IMG/VR virus record: IMGVR_UViG_3300029431_000104
DNA length: 64,000 nt
Direction: 5' to 3' (one strand)
Source of the DNA: a virus
Positions 43,853-52,563 of the stretch are shown here, piece after piece. Position numbers and translations under genes: made by a program. Positions within the stretch are counted from its first letter, which is position 1. The number at the start of each line of letters is the position of its first letter. Below the pieces are notes generated by a model. It did not search any database, was not told where the DNA came from, and saw only the letters and a list, made by a program, of their open reading frames with translations.

Positions 43853-46800
43853 ATGTCGGAATATATCGGCAACCGAATCGTCCCTCGCCATGATGGTGTC
43901 TGGGACAAAGCAAAAGAATATGAACCTCTTACCATTGTGTATGAGGAATCCACAGGCGACAGCTATATGAGCCGGAAACCTGTGCCGGCCGGAACGCTTC
44001 TGTCACAGGAGAAATACTGGGCGATGTGTTCCCGGTTCTCGGAGCAGATGGCTCTGTACCGCCAGAATACGGCAGAAGAAGTGGAGCAATTCCGCAAGGA
44101 TACTGCAGCAGATGTAGAACAGCTTCGTGCAGATACTGCATCAGATGTGGCAGCCCTGCGCAAGATGACCGCGCAGGATGTGGCGGATATCACCCAGAAG
44201 GTCGATGCCGCAAACAGTGCGGTTGCAGCCAGTAAGTCTGAGATGGATAAGACAGCAGAAACGCTGAAAGCCCAGATCAATGCCAATGTCAAGGCATCTA
44301 CGGACAAAAATGCCAACTATGCACAGGAGCTGGTAGATGTTCGTGTGGATGATGAGGGAAAGACTTATCCCACAGCCGGTGACAATATCCGTGCGGTCGG
44401 CAGGGTGCGTTCCATGCAGAATATCATGAAGAACTGGGTGATCAAAAATGGTTACGCAAACCAGAACGGCAACCTTGTAGCTTCGGAAAGTTGGCGCGTG
44501 GCGCACATGGTCCCGGTCAGCGGTGATGCGATTCTGGTGGACGGTCAGTTCGGCTATATGAGCGGCCGGGATGACTATAACAACGTGGTCTGCTATGACA
44601 TGGACCGTAAGTTCCTCGGTGGCTGTTTCCGGGCAGAGAGCGGCAAGGTCTATGACAACTATGTGATCACACTGCTTCCGAATACCCGTTTCATCTCTGT
44701 CACCACCAATGAAAAGCTGTTCTCGAAGCTCTCAGTGTACCTCTATGACAACATGCTCCCGATGAGATTGCTGTCAAATTATGCAACAGGCTGGCAGTGG
44801 ATGAACGGCAGCGTGGATATCAGGTTCACGGGCAGCAAGGTGACAGTCACATTCCCGGAGGGAAAGAGTGTATATGTCTGCCGCCGTACAAATGGTATAC
44901 AGTACGAGCAGACGAAACTGGTGGCGGAAAACAGTACCTCGTTTGACTTTGCAGTAGTGGGAAAATGGTGGGCGATCTACTATGATGGTGCGGAAGCATC
45001 CGCAAACGAGACGGGAGAAAAGACAGAAGTCCCTGTCATTAAGGTGGAAAATACAAGCGGCGATAGCTGGGGCGATCTATTCACAAAGGGCCGCTTTGTG
45101 TTTGCGGTCTTTTTTGACTGGAATGTGGTATACGTAGCTCCTTCGAGCAGCGGTACAGTCATCAATGGGATCGATTATGGCAATCCAGCCAAGATTGCGA
45201 ATACTGCGATGACCTGGCACAAGTACCGTTCAGCAAAGATGTTCCTCGCTACAGGCCAGTTTGCGATCGATACGGTCAACCGCACCATTCAGGTCACGAA
45301 ACGTATCCTGGCGGTTGTCGATAACGGTGCTTACTACTGGATCAGTGCTAGTGAGGAGCCGGTACCGATGTTGGATAGTACGGAAGCAGAAAAGCATCAC
45401 ATGCTGATCCTTGCCTATGACTCGTCCATAGATCAGATCAATCTTTACAACACTGCACAGTTCCGGGCATTGGGAGTAAACGGCTATTATATCGCTGCAT
45501 GGTATGAAAACCATTTCTGGTATCCGCACATGAGCTCATCTTTCAGCATTGTACTGGATGGCACAACTTATAAGGCTGGTGAGCTTTTCGATGAAGAACG
45601 GCGTGATTCCTATATCGAAAAGAAGTATGAGGACCGCTTTCAGCAGCTCCGCACGGATCTTGCCGGTAAGGATTCCCGCCATATGTATCTGGCAAGCGGC
45701 GGTATTACCATTGACCAGGATGCCGGTACGATCCAGGTCAGTACCAAGTGTCTGGGTGTTCCGGATACGTTCCACTATGAGTGGATCATGGCAGGCGATC
45801 CGGTAGAGATGGCATTTAACACACCCAGCTCGACATTTGGTATGCCGATGCGCATCCTCGCTTATGATGCCGGTACGAAAACCATCAATCTGTACGACAC
45901 CAGCCTGTTCCGAAAGCTGGGTACGAATGGTTTCTATATTGCATCCTGGTATCAGAGCAAGCTGTATAATCCGCACATTCACCCGGATGTGAAGTTCATT
46001 GTGGGCGGTAAGGAATACAAAGCGGGTGATCTCTTCGCAGATAACGCGGCATCTTTCATCCCGAAGCGTATCACGGATTATGTGCAGAAAGCCATTACTC
46101 CGGCTGTAGAGGATGACATCGTGACCCCGTCCCACTGGGACTGCATGGAGGGACGCCAGCTTTCCATCTTCTTTGACTGTCTTTCCCGCCACGATGGCAA
46201 GGAAAATCTGTATGTGCTCGCCAGAGGCACGAATGCACCGAGCCTGACCCGGAACGAGTACTGCATGAACTACACGCCGACGAAGGACAGTACGGATTTT
46301 GCACTGACCGTCCGCCGTCTGGATGAAGATGACTGCCATACGGTATCGTCCAAACCTGTCCAGGTCAGGGTCCACCATAAGCTGAAGGACAAGCTCACGA
46401 AGAATATCTGCATCTGTGGAGACTCTCTCGTGGACAATGGTTCTGTGGCAACGGAAGTGTACCGTCTGCTGGCAGAGGATAATGACTGCGTGATCCACCA
46501 GCTGGGAACGAGAGGACCGTCTGGCGGCAAGCACGAAGGACGCGGCAGCTGGACCTTTGCCCGGTATCTGGCAGATACGGATTACGCCGGCAAAACGAAT
46601 GCGTTCTGGGACAAGATCAAAGGCCGTCTGGATTTCCAGAAATACTGCGAGACCAACGGCTATGAGGGCATCGATTACTTCCTGATCGCACTTGGCACCA
46701 ATGATGTGTCACAGGGCACTACACTGTACCGCACGGAAGCTGAGGTGCAGAAGTTCGTGGATCAGGCAAAGCAGTTTATTGATGCTCTGCTGGATAAGGA

Positions 46801-47158
46801 GACGGGCTTCCCGAACTGCAAGATCGGTATCGGCCTTTGCGGACCCGGTTCGGATTATTCTTATCAGTGCGGTTCCAGCATGGGTATCTTCCATATGAGC
46901 ATCAACACGCTGAACCTTGCGCTGATCAAGGCATTCGATGCCGGCAAGTACCGCAAAAACGTGACCTGTTTTGCCCACGGTCTTCGCACGGACCGCCGTC
47001 TGGCATTTCCGTATTCGGACAAGCCGGTGACGAACCGGTTCACGGAAACCAGCCGGACGCTGACTAACAGTATCCATCCTTCCGCAAGGGGCTATCAGGC
47101 ATGGGCAGACGGATATTACTGCCAGATCCGTGCGTGGCTGACGGAGGACAGCAAATAA
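43853..47158 (+). CDS. tail fibre / receptor-binding protein with C-terminal SGNH (GDSL) hydrolase domain
   Basis: 1101 aa from the ATG at 43853. N-terminal coiled coil (repeated ...TA.DVEQ.R). The C-terminal ~250 aa carries SGNH blocks: ICICGDSLVDNG (GDSx), GTND, HPSARGY (DxxH region). Confidence 0.65.
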   Translation: MSEYIGNRIVPRHDGVWDKAKEYEPLTIVYEESTGDSYMSRKPVPAGTLLSQEKYWAMCSRFSEQMALYRQNTAEEVEQFRKDTAADVEQLRADTASDVAALRKMTAQDVADITQKVDAANSAVAASKSEMDKTAETLKAQINANVKASTDKNANYAQELVDVRVDDEGKTYPTAGDNIRAVGRVRSMQNIMKNWVIKNGYANQNGNLVASESWRVAHMVPVSGDAILVDGQFGYMSGRDDYNNVVCYDMDRKFLGGCFRAESGKVYDNYVITLLPNTRFISVTTNEKLFSKLSVYLYDNMLPMRLLSNYATGWQWMNGSVDIRFTGSKVTVTFPEGKSVYVCRRTNGIQYEQTKLVAENSTSFDFAVVGKWWAIYYDGAEASANETGEKTEVPVIKVENTSGDSWGDLFTKGRFVFAVFFDWNVVYVAPSSSGTVINGIDYGNPAKIANTAMTWHKYRSAKMFLATGQFAIDTVNRTIQVTKRILAVVDNGAYYWISASEEPVPMLDSTEAEKHHMLILAYDSSIDQINLYNTAQFRALGVNGYYIAAWYENHFWYPHMSSSFSIVLDGTTYKAGELFDEERRDSYIEKKYEDRFQQLRTDLAGKDSRHMYLASGGITIDQDAGTIQVSTKCLGVPDTFHYEWIMAGDPVEMAFNTPSSTFGMPMRILAYDAGTKTINLYDTSLFRKLGTNGFYIASWYQSKLYNPHIHPDVKFIVGGKEYKAGDLFADNAASFIPKRITDYVQKAITPAVEDDIVTPSHWDCMEGRQLSIFFDCLSRHDGKENLYVLARGTNAPSLTRNEYCMNYTPTKDSTDFALTVRRLDEDDCHTVSSKPVQVRVHHKLKDKLTKNICICGDSLVDNGSVATEVYRLLAEDNDCVIHQLGTRGPSGGKHEGRGSWTFARYLADTDYAGKTNAFWDKIKGRLDFQKYCETNGYEGIDYFLIALGTNDVSQGTTLYRTEAEVQKFVDQAKQFIDALLDKETGFPNCKIGIGLCGPGSDYSYQCGSSMGIFHMSINTLNLALIKAFDAGKYRKNVTCFAHGLRTDRRLAFPYSDKPVTNRFTETSRTLTNSIHPSARGYQAWADGYYCQIRAWLTEDSK

Positions 47159-47286
47159 ATTTCCACCGTCCCTGACAGACATACCTCCCAAATGGCTGTG
47201 AAACGGTGTTCATTATAGAAGGAGTATACACAAGGCGGCATCGACCGTCTATTTTTATGCCCAAATGGGCAGGAAAGGACAAGATT

Positions 47287-47700
47287 ATGCAGAATGTGAT
47301 CGACAAGATTGAATGGATGTTCGCAGGTCTGGGTGGTTTCCTGGGCTGGTTCTTTGGCGGGTTTGACGGCTTTTTGTATGCACTGGTGGTGTTCGTGGTC
47401 TGTGACTACTTCACCGGGGTGCTGGCGGCAGCCATCAAGCATGAGCTTTCTTCTGAAGTTGGCTTTAAGGGCATCGCCAAAAAGGTGTGCATCTTTGTGC
47501 TGGTTGGGATCGCCAACATCATTGACACACAGATCCTCCAGAATGGAGCCGCCATCCGTACAGCGGTGGTGTTTTTCTATTTGGCGAATGAAGGCCTGAG
47601 CTGCCTCGAAAACGCAGCCGTTATCGGTCTTCCGGTGCCGGAGAAGCTCAAGGAGATGCTGGCACAGCTGAAGGAAGAAAGAGAGGATAAGGACGAGTAA
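47287..47700 (+). CDS. holin
   Basis: 137 aa from the ATG at 47287 (AGGAAAGGA RBS). Two or three TM segments (FLGWFFGGFDGFLYALVVFVVCDYFTGVLAAAI; VCIFVLVGIANII). Charged C-terminus. Immediately upstream of the lysins. Confidence 0.7.
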   Translation: MQNVIDKIEWMFAGLGGFLGWFFGGFDGFLYALVVFVVCDYFTGVLAAAIKHELSSEVGFKGIAKKVCIFVLVGIANIIDTQILQNGAAIRTAVVFFYLANEGLSCLENAAVIGLPVPEKLKEMLAQLKEEREDKDE

Positions 47701-47753
47701 TCAATAGGGAGAGGTGTAACGGCCTCTCCCTCAAATTTTAGGAGGAATGAACC

Positions 47754-48458
47754 ATGAGTAAGAAAGAGTATCCCGCAAAACTGACGACCGGTTATTACCG
47801 TGTGCGAGAAGTCTGGGAAGATGAGGCATCCCAGTTTGGCGCGTACCGTCTGCTGGCGAATGCAAAAGCCAAGTGCGATGAGAACCCCGGCAGCCGAGTG
47901 TTCGACAATGACGGCAACGTGATCTATCCGGAAGAGGCTGTCCCAGATACCGGCGCAGATGAGAGTGAGGAGAAAGCAGTCGTGGACGATATCCCGGAAG
48001 ATAAGCCGGAAACCACAACCCCTGTGGAAGATACCCCGGCGGAGAAAGAAGCTGAAGACGAAGTGGATGAGAACGAGTTCCCGACTGCGGAGGAGCTTCC
48101 GGCCACCATTGCCTACGGCAAGCTCAAGACCCTCATGAACATCCGCAAGAAGCCGAGTCTGGATGCGGAGGTCGTAGCGGTCTACAAGAAGAATGCCCTT
48201 GTGGAAGTGGTGCAGTTCTGTGATGGCTGGCTGAAGATCAAATGTGCCGAAGCAGAGGCCGGTGTCGCATATGTCCTGAACAGTGCGGACACCTATGCGT
48301 TCACAGCTGGCAGGATCTATACCGTTGTTCCCGGTGATAATCTCTGGAAAATCGCAGATAAGGAACTGGGAAGCGGCAGCCGCTGTGCAGATATCCGTGT
48401 GCTGAATGGCCTGACTTCCAATGCCATCCGGGTCGGCATGAAACTGCTGATCCCGTAA
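47754..48458 (+). CDS. cell-wall-binding protein (N-terminal ~45-aa module, SH3b-like, C-terminal LysM) without recognisable catalytic domain
   Basis: LysM: YTVVPGDNLWKIADKELGSGSRCADIRVLNGL. SH3b-like: TIAYGKLKTLMNIRKKPSLDAEVVAVYKKNALVEVVQFCDGWLKI. The N-terminal YYRVREVWEDEASQFGAYRLLANAKAKCDENPGSRVFDNDGNVIYPEE is repeated at the endolysin C-terminus. Confidence 0.6.
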   Translation: MSKKEYPAKLTTGYYRVREVWEDEASQFGAYRLLANAKAKCDENPGSRVFDNDGNVIYPEEAVPDTGADESEEKAVVDDIPEDKPETTTPVEDTPAEKEAEDEVDENEFPTAEELPATIAYGKLKTLMNIRKKPSLDAEVVAVYKKNALVEVVQFCDGWLKIKCAEAEAGVAYVLNSADTYAFTAGRIYTVVPGDNLWKIADKELGSGSRCADIRVLNGLTSNAIRVGMKLLIP

Positions 48459-48528
48459 CAACAGAATAACCACAGCACGAGGTTCAGAGTGATCTGGGCC
48501 TCAATTTTTTTAGCAGGAGGAAATCATT

Positions 48529-49998
48529 ATGGGATATACCAATAGTCCACTCGTTGTTTACACCAAACTTTCCCCGAACCATTCAGGGCAGAGGACACAC
48601 AGCATCGACCGTATCACACCGCATTGTGTGGTCGGTCAGCTTTCTGCGGAGAGCATCTGCGGCTGCTTCACCAGCACGAGTCGTCAGGCAAGCTGCAACT
48701 ACGGCATCGGCACAGACGGCCGTGTGTCGCTTTGTGTCGAAGAAAAGAACCGCAGCTGGTGTTCGTCGAGCAATGCCAATGACCAGAGGGCGGTCACCAT
48801 CGAATGCGCCAGCGACATGAATGAGCCGTATGCCATGAACAGTGCCGTATATGACTCTCTGGTCAAGCTCTGCATTGATATCTGCAAGCGTAACGGGAAG
48901 AAGAAGCTCCTGTGGCTGGGTGATAAAAATAAGACACTCAACTATGCTCCGGCGGCAGATGAAATGGTGCTGACCGTTCACCGCTGGTTTGCGAATAAAA
49001 GCTGCCCTGGAAACTGGCTGTATGCCCGCCTGGGTGATCTGGCCGCAAGGGTAACTGCAGCACTGGGCGGTTCATCCTCATCCGGCATGCAGGCTTCTTC
49101 GCTGAAAAATCTCTCGGAAGCAGAGGCAGTGGCAAAGATCGGTCCGCTGTTTACTGCGAACCAGAAAACCACGGGCATCCTTGCCTGCGTGTCGATGGCA
49201 CAGTTCATTCTGGAATCCGGCTACGGTAAATCTGAGCTGGCACAGAATGCCAATAACTGCTTCGGCATGAAGACCTCGCTTTCCGGGAACAGCTGGAGCG
49301 GCAGCAGTTGGGATGGCAAGTCTGTCTATCCCAAGAAAACGCAGGAGCAGAACACCGATGGCAGCTATGTGACGATCACTGCTGACTTCCGCAAGTACGC
49401 CTGTGTGGAAGACTCCATTGCCGACCATGCAGCATATCTGCTCGGAGCGATGAGTGGCAGCAGGAAACGCTATGAGGGTCTGGCAGGCTGTACCGATTAC
49501 AAGAAAGCGGCACAGATCATCAAGGATGGTGGTTATGCTACCAGCCACACCTATGTTCAGAACCTTTGCAATATCATCGAGCGTTGGAACCTGACGCAGT
49601 ATGATGCGGTAAAGGATTCTGAAAGCACCACTATTTCCGGCTGGTACCGTGTCCGTAAGAGCTGGCAGAATGCCGCTTCCCAGAAAGGTGCGTTCCACGA
49701 CCTCACCTATGCAAAACAGTGTGCAGATAAGAATCCGGGCTATTATGTTTTTGACCCGGCGGGTAAGACCGTCTACCCGGAACCGGAGTCTTCAGTCCCG
49801 TATACTGTGCGTGTATCCATTAAAGACCTCAACATCCGCAAGGGACCGGGCACGAATTACGGTAAGACCGGTTATTACACCGGGAAAGGCGTGTTTACTA
49901 TCGTGGCAGAATCTGCCGGTGCTGGTTCTGCGAAGGGCTGGGGCAAGCTGAAATCCGGTGCAGGGTGGATCGCACTTGACTTTGCGGCCCGTATCTAA
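48529..49998 (+). CDS. endolysin: N-acetylmuramoyl-L-alanine amidase (Amidase_2) + glucosaminidase + binding repeat + SH3b
   Basis: Amidase_2/PGRP N-terminus (H...C zinc ligands, TIECASD). Glucosaminidase motifs (AQFILESGYGKS, NNCFGMK, YATSHTYVQNL). C-terminal SH3_3-like KDLNIRKGPGTNYGKTGYY...GWIALDF. Confidence 0.85.
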   Translation: MGYTNSPLVVYTKLSPNHSGQRTHSIDRITPHCVVGQLSAESICGCFTSTSRQASCNYGIGTDGRVSLCVEEKNRSWCSSSNANDQRAVTIECASDMNEPYAMNSAVYDSLVKLCIDICKRNGKKKLLWLGDKNKTLNYAPAADEMVLTVHRWFANKSCPGNWLYARLGDLAARVTAALGGSSSSGMQASSLKNLSEAEAVAKIGPLFTANQKTTGILACVSMAQFILESGYGKSELAQNANNCFGMKTSLSGNSWSGSSWDGKSVYPKKTQEQNTDGSYVTITADFRKYACVEDSIADHAAYLLGAMSGSRKRYEGLAGCTDYKKAAQIIKDGGYATSHTYVQNLCNIIERWNLTQYDAVKDSESTTISGWYRVRKSWQNAASQKGAFHDLTYAKQCADKNPGYYVFDPAGKTVYPEPESSVPYTVRVSIKDLNIRKGPGTNYGKTGYYTGKGVFTIVAESAGAGSAKGWGKLKSGAGWIALDFAARI

Positions 49999-50168
49999 AA
50001 ACACTCCCCGTCCTTACCGGGCGGGGCGTACATATCGTGCAGATAAGACAATAATCTCCCAGATTATTCTCCGTCTTTCTGCGCCGAAATTACTTGATAA
50101 TATCACGAAACAGAGGGAATATGTGACTGCCCAAAGAGAAGAAAACGGGCAGGAAAGGAGCGAAAACT

Positions 50169-52529
50169 ATGAGTACTGGTACGGATTTCCTTGCAAATCT
50201 GCAGAAAAAGACTGTGAAGAATACAGTACAGCAGAAACAGCAGAAGAGAGTAAATGCATCTGCTGTGGATGTCTCGGCTTTACTGGAAGCCGCTCTTGGG
50301 AAAAAGAAACCTGTGGAAGCTGTGGCAGATGTCCGTCAAAGTGCGGAGGCTGTCACAGCTTCTTTTTTACCACCGACTGACACGCACCAGGGCAAGTCTA
50401 CTCAACAAAAACCAAAAAACGCATCAGATAAAAAACAGACACCCCAAAAATCAAAAGACATCGTGGATGCCGGTATCACAGCTCTTATCCAGAAGGCTCT
50501 GGATGCCAAAAAGGTCATGGCAGAGCCTGACATTGCAGAACGGCTGCAGAGCAGTATGGAGAGTGAGTTTACGAAGCTCTTCACACCGGAAGAACCGCAG
50601 GATAACAAGTTCGTTTCGACGGCGACCTTCCGGGCTACCAAAAAGAAAGCCGGAACCCTTAATGTGGCAGCTTACATCCGCGTTTCTACGGACATGAGCG
50701 ACCAGGAGAACTCCTATGAAACGCAGGAAAAATACTTTAACCAGCTGATTGAAAATAATCCGGCATGGAATGCAGTCGGTGTGTACTCCGATTACGGCAT
50801 CTCCGGCACTTCCAAGGAAAAGAGAACCGGATTCCGCCGACTGATGCGTCATTGTAAGGACGGGAAGATCGACCGCATTGTGTGCAAGTCCATATCACGA
50901 TTTGCCCGAAACACGGCTGACTTTATGAGTGCACTGGATGTCCTGCATGACTGCGGGGTAACGATTCTGTTCGAGAAAGAAAATCTGGATACGGCAGACC
51001 CGACCAGCGACTTCATCCTTACGACACTGGCAGCCATTGCACAGGAAGAAAGCCGCAGCATTTCCAGTAACATCCGGCTGGGGCAGAAGATGCGCTTTCC
51101 GAAGGGGGATGTTCCAAACAAGATCATGTACGGATACCGCTACAATGGGAAGATGGTTACCTCCGAGAGCGGATATGAGTATAAAGATATTGAGATCGTT
51201 GAGGAAGAAGCCAGGGTCGTCCGGCGCATTTTCCATGAAGTCGTGGAAGGGAAAGCCTATACGGAGATTGCAAGGGGACTGAACATGGACAAGATTCCGG
51301 CTCCTGTCACCGACGCAGTGAGAGTAAGAAAGAAAAAATCCAAGAAAGGGCAGTTAAACAGTGATCTGTTGGATGGATGGACAGGCGGGAATATCACGCG
51401 GATCGTCCGTGCCGAGCGGTACATGGGTGCAGTCCTTATCCAGAAGAAGTTCACATCGGATTACCTGACACATGAAGTCCGGGACAACAAAGGCGAAGTT
51501 CCTCAGTATTTTGTCCGGAACCATCATCCGGCAATCGTTGACGAGGACCTGTTTGAAAAGGCACAGGAAGTTGTAAAAGTAAACAGCGATTTATATAACA
51601 GGACAAGATCCGGCAAGAAGCCGAGAGCGTTTTCCCAAAGACTAATCTGCGGGGAGTGCGGCCGCTTTTTCCATGTGACAAACGGAAATGGGAACTATCC
51701 CATCTGGCGGTGCCCGACGAGCAGCCGGACGACAGGAAAACGTATCTGCCATGCAGAAAAAGTATACGAGGAACAGGTTGTCCGAGCCTTCCGTAAAGCA
51801 GTTCTGGAGCGGTTCCGGCTGACGCTTAAGCCCATCCATGACAACGTGGCTGTGGCAGACATCATGAGCGGCCGGTTCAAAGAGCAGTATGACAACTTCA
51901 CCCCGGAAGCAGATTCTTTTGTAAGCCAGATGCTTGCACGGCTGGAGAGCATTCAGAAGCTGGATTTTATGGAACGCGACCGTGCTTTTTATAAAAAGCA
52001 GATAGCGGCCGCACACACCAGTGTGGAAAGCACCAGTAAGAAGATCCGGCTCCTGAAAAGTCAGGTGGATGTGATGCAGACCCGTCTGGAACTTCTCGGT
52101 GACGAGATGATTGACCCTGCTTCTATTGAGGAGAAGAAAAAGCTCATTGAGAAACTGGAGTGTGATATTCAGAAGGACACGGACACTGAGCAGAAACTGA
52201 CCGAACAGCTCGACTATATGGAAGACTACTGGGAAGAACTGGAGGGCGACTATGAACGAAGGGAAAAGGCAATCGAGTGGATGAAGAACCTCCCGGCGGG
52301 GCGGGATGGTACGGTGGCCTTTCTGAATGAAGTGACCGAAGAACACTGCAAGGCATTCCTCCTCTCCATCACGATTCATTCACCGCTGAAGTTTACGGTA
52401 CACTGGTTCGATGACACCAAGACCGAGGTAGAGATGGATTCCAATATCGAAGATTACCGCAATACCGCAAGCTATTATGACGGGCATACGAAGCGCGACG
52501 GCAGCCAGCGGAAGAGGCATGTAAGATAA
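50169..52529 (+). CDS. large serine recombinase 1
   Basis: Resolvase catalytic domain AAYIRVSTDMSDQENSYETQ...RLMRHCKDGKIDRIVCKSISRFARN. Recombinase domain. Zn ribbon CGECG...WRCPT..C. Coiled coil. An alternative start at 50517 (MAEPD) is possible because the first 116 aa are low-complexity. Confidence 0.8.
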   Translation: MSTGTDFLANLQKKTVKNTVQQKQQKRVNASAVDVSALLEAALGKKKPVEAVADVRQSAEAVTASFLPPTDTHQGKSTQQKPKNASDKKQTPQKSKDIVDAGITALIQKALDAKKVMAEPDIAERLQSSMESEFTKLFTPEEPQDNKFVSTATFRATKKKAGTLNVAAYIRVSTDMSDQENSYETQEKYFNQLIENNPAWNAVGVYSDYGISGTSKEKRTGFRRLMRHCKDGKIDRIVCKSISRFARNTADFMSALDVLHDCGVTILFEKENLDTADPTSDFILTTLAAIAQEESRSISSNIRLGQKMRFPKGDVPNKIMYGYRYNGKMVTSESGYEYKDIEIVEEEARVVRRIFHEVVEGKAYTEIARGLNMDKIPAPVTDAVRVRKKKSKKGQLNSDLLDGWTGGNITRIVRAERYMGAVLIQKKFTSDYLTHEVRDNKGEVPQYFVRNHHPAIVDEDLFEKAQEVVKVNSDLYNRTRSGKKPRAFSQRLICGECGRFFHVTNGNGNYPIWRCPTSSRTTGKRICHAEKVYEEQVVRAFRKAVLERFRLTLKPIHDNVAVADIMSGRFKEQYDNFTPEADSFVSQMLARLESIQKLDFMERDRAFYKKQIAAAHTSVESTSKKIRLLKSQVDVMQTRLELLGDEMIDPASIEEKKKLIEKLECDIQKDTDTEQKLTEQLDYMEDYWEELEGDYERREKAIEWMKNLPAGRDGTVAFLNEVTEEHCKAFLLSITIHSPLKFTVHWFDDTKTEVEMDSNIEDYRNTASYYDGHTKRDGSQRKRHVR
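50393..50410. repeat. 18-bp direct repeat CAAGTCTACTCAACAAAA (copy A)
   Basis: Identical 18-mer at 61312-61329; partial copies at 61352-61367 and 61752-61765. Confidence 0.7.
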
Positions 52530-52563
52530 GACCAGTTGCAAGGCTGGAAGAAAGGAGCAGATT

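Noticed and set aside
49999-50168. A possible attP/attR core immediately after the endolysin
   Set aside because: Only a weak GC hairpin (CCCCGTCC...GGGCGGGG) is present. No repeat matches elsewhere in the window, and the left prophage end is outside the window, so no att site could be identified.
50169-50516. The N-terminal 116 aa of serine recombinase 1 (K/Q-rich, low complexity), which also contain the 18-bp direct repeat
   Set aside because: They are not rejected outright, because a strong RBS precedes the ATG at 50169. I cannot tell whether they are coding or 5' regulatory DNA, so the feature is reported with an alternative start at 50517.
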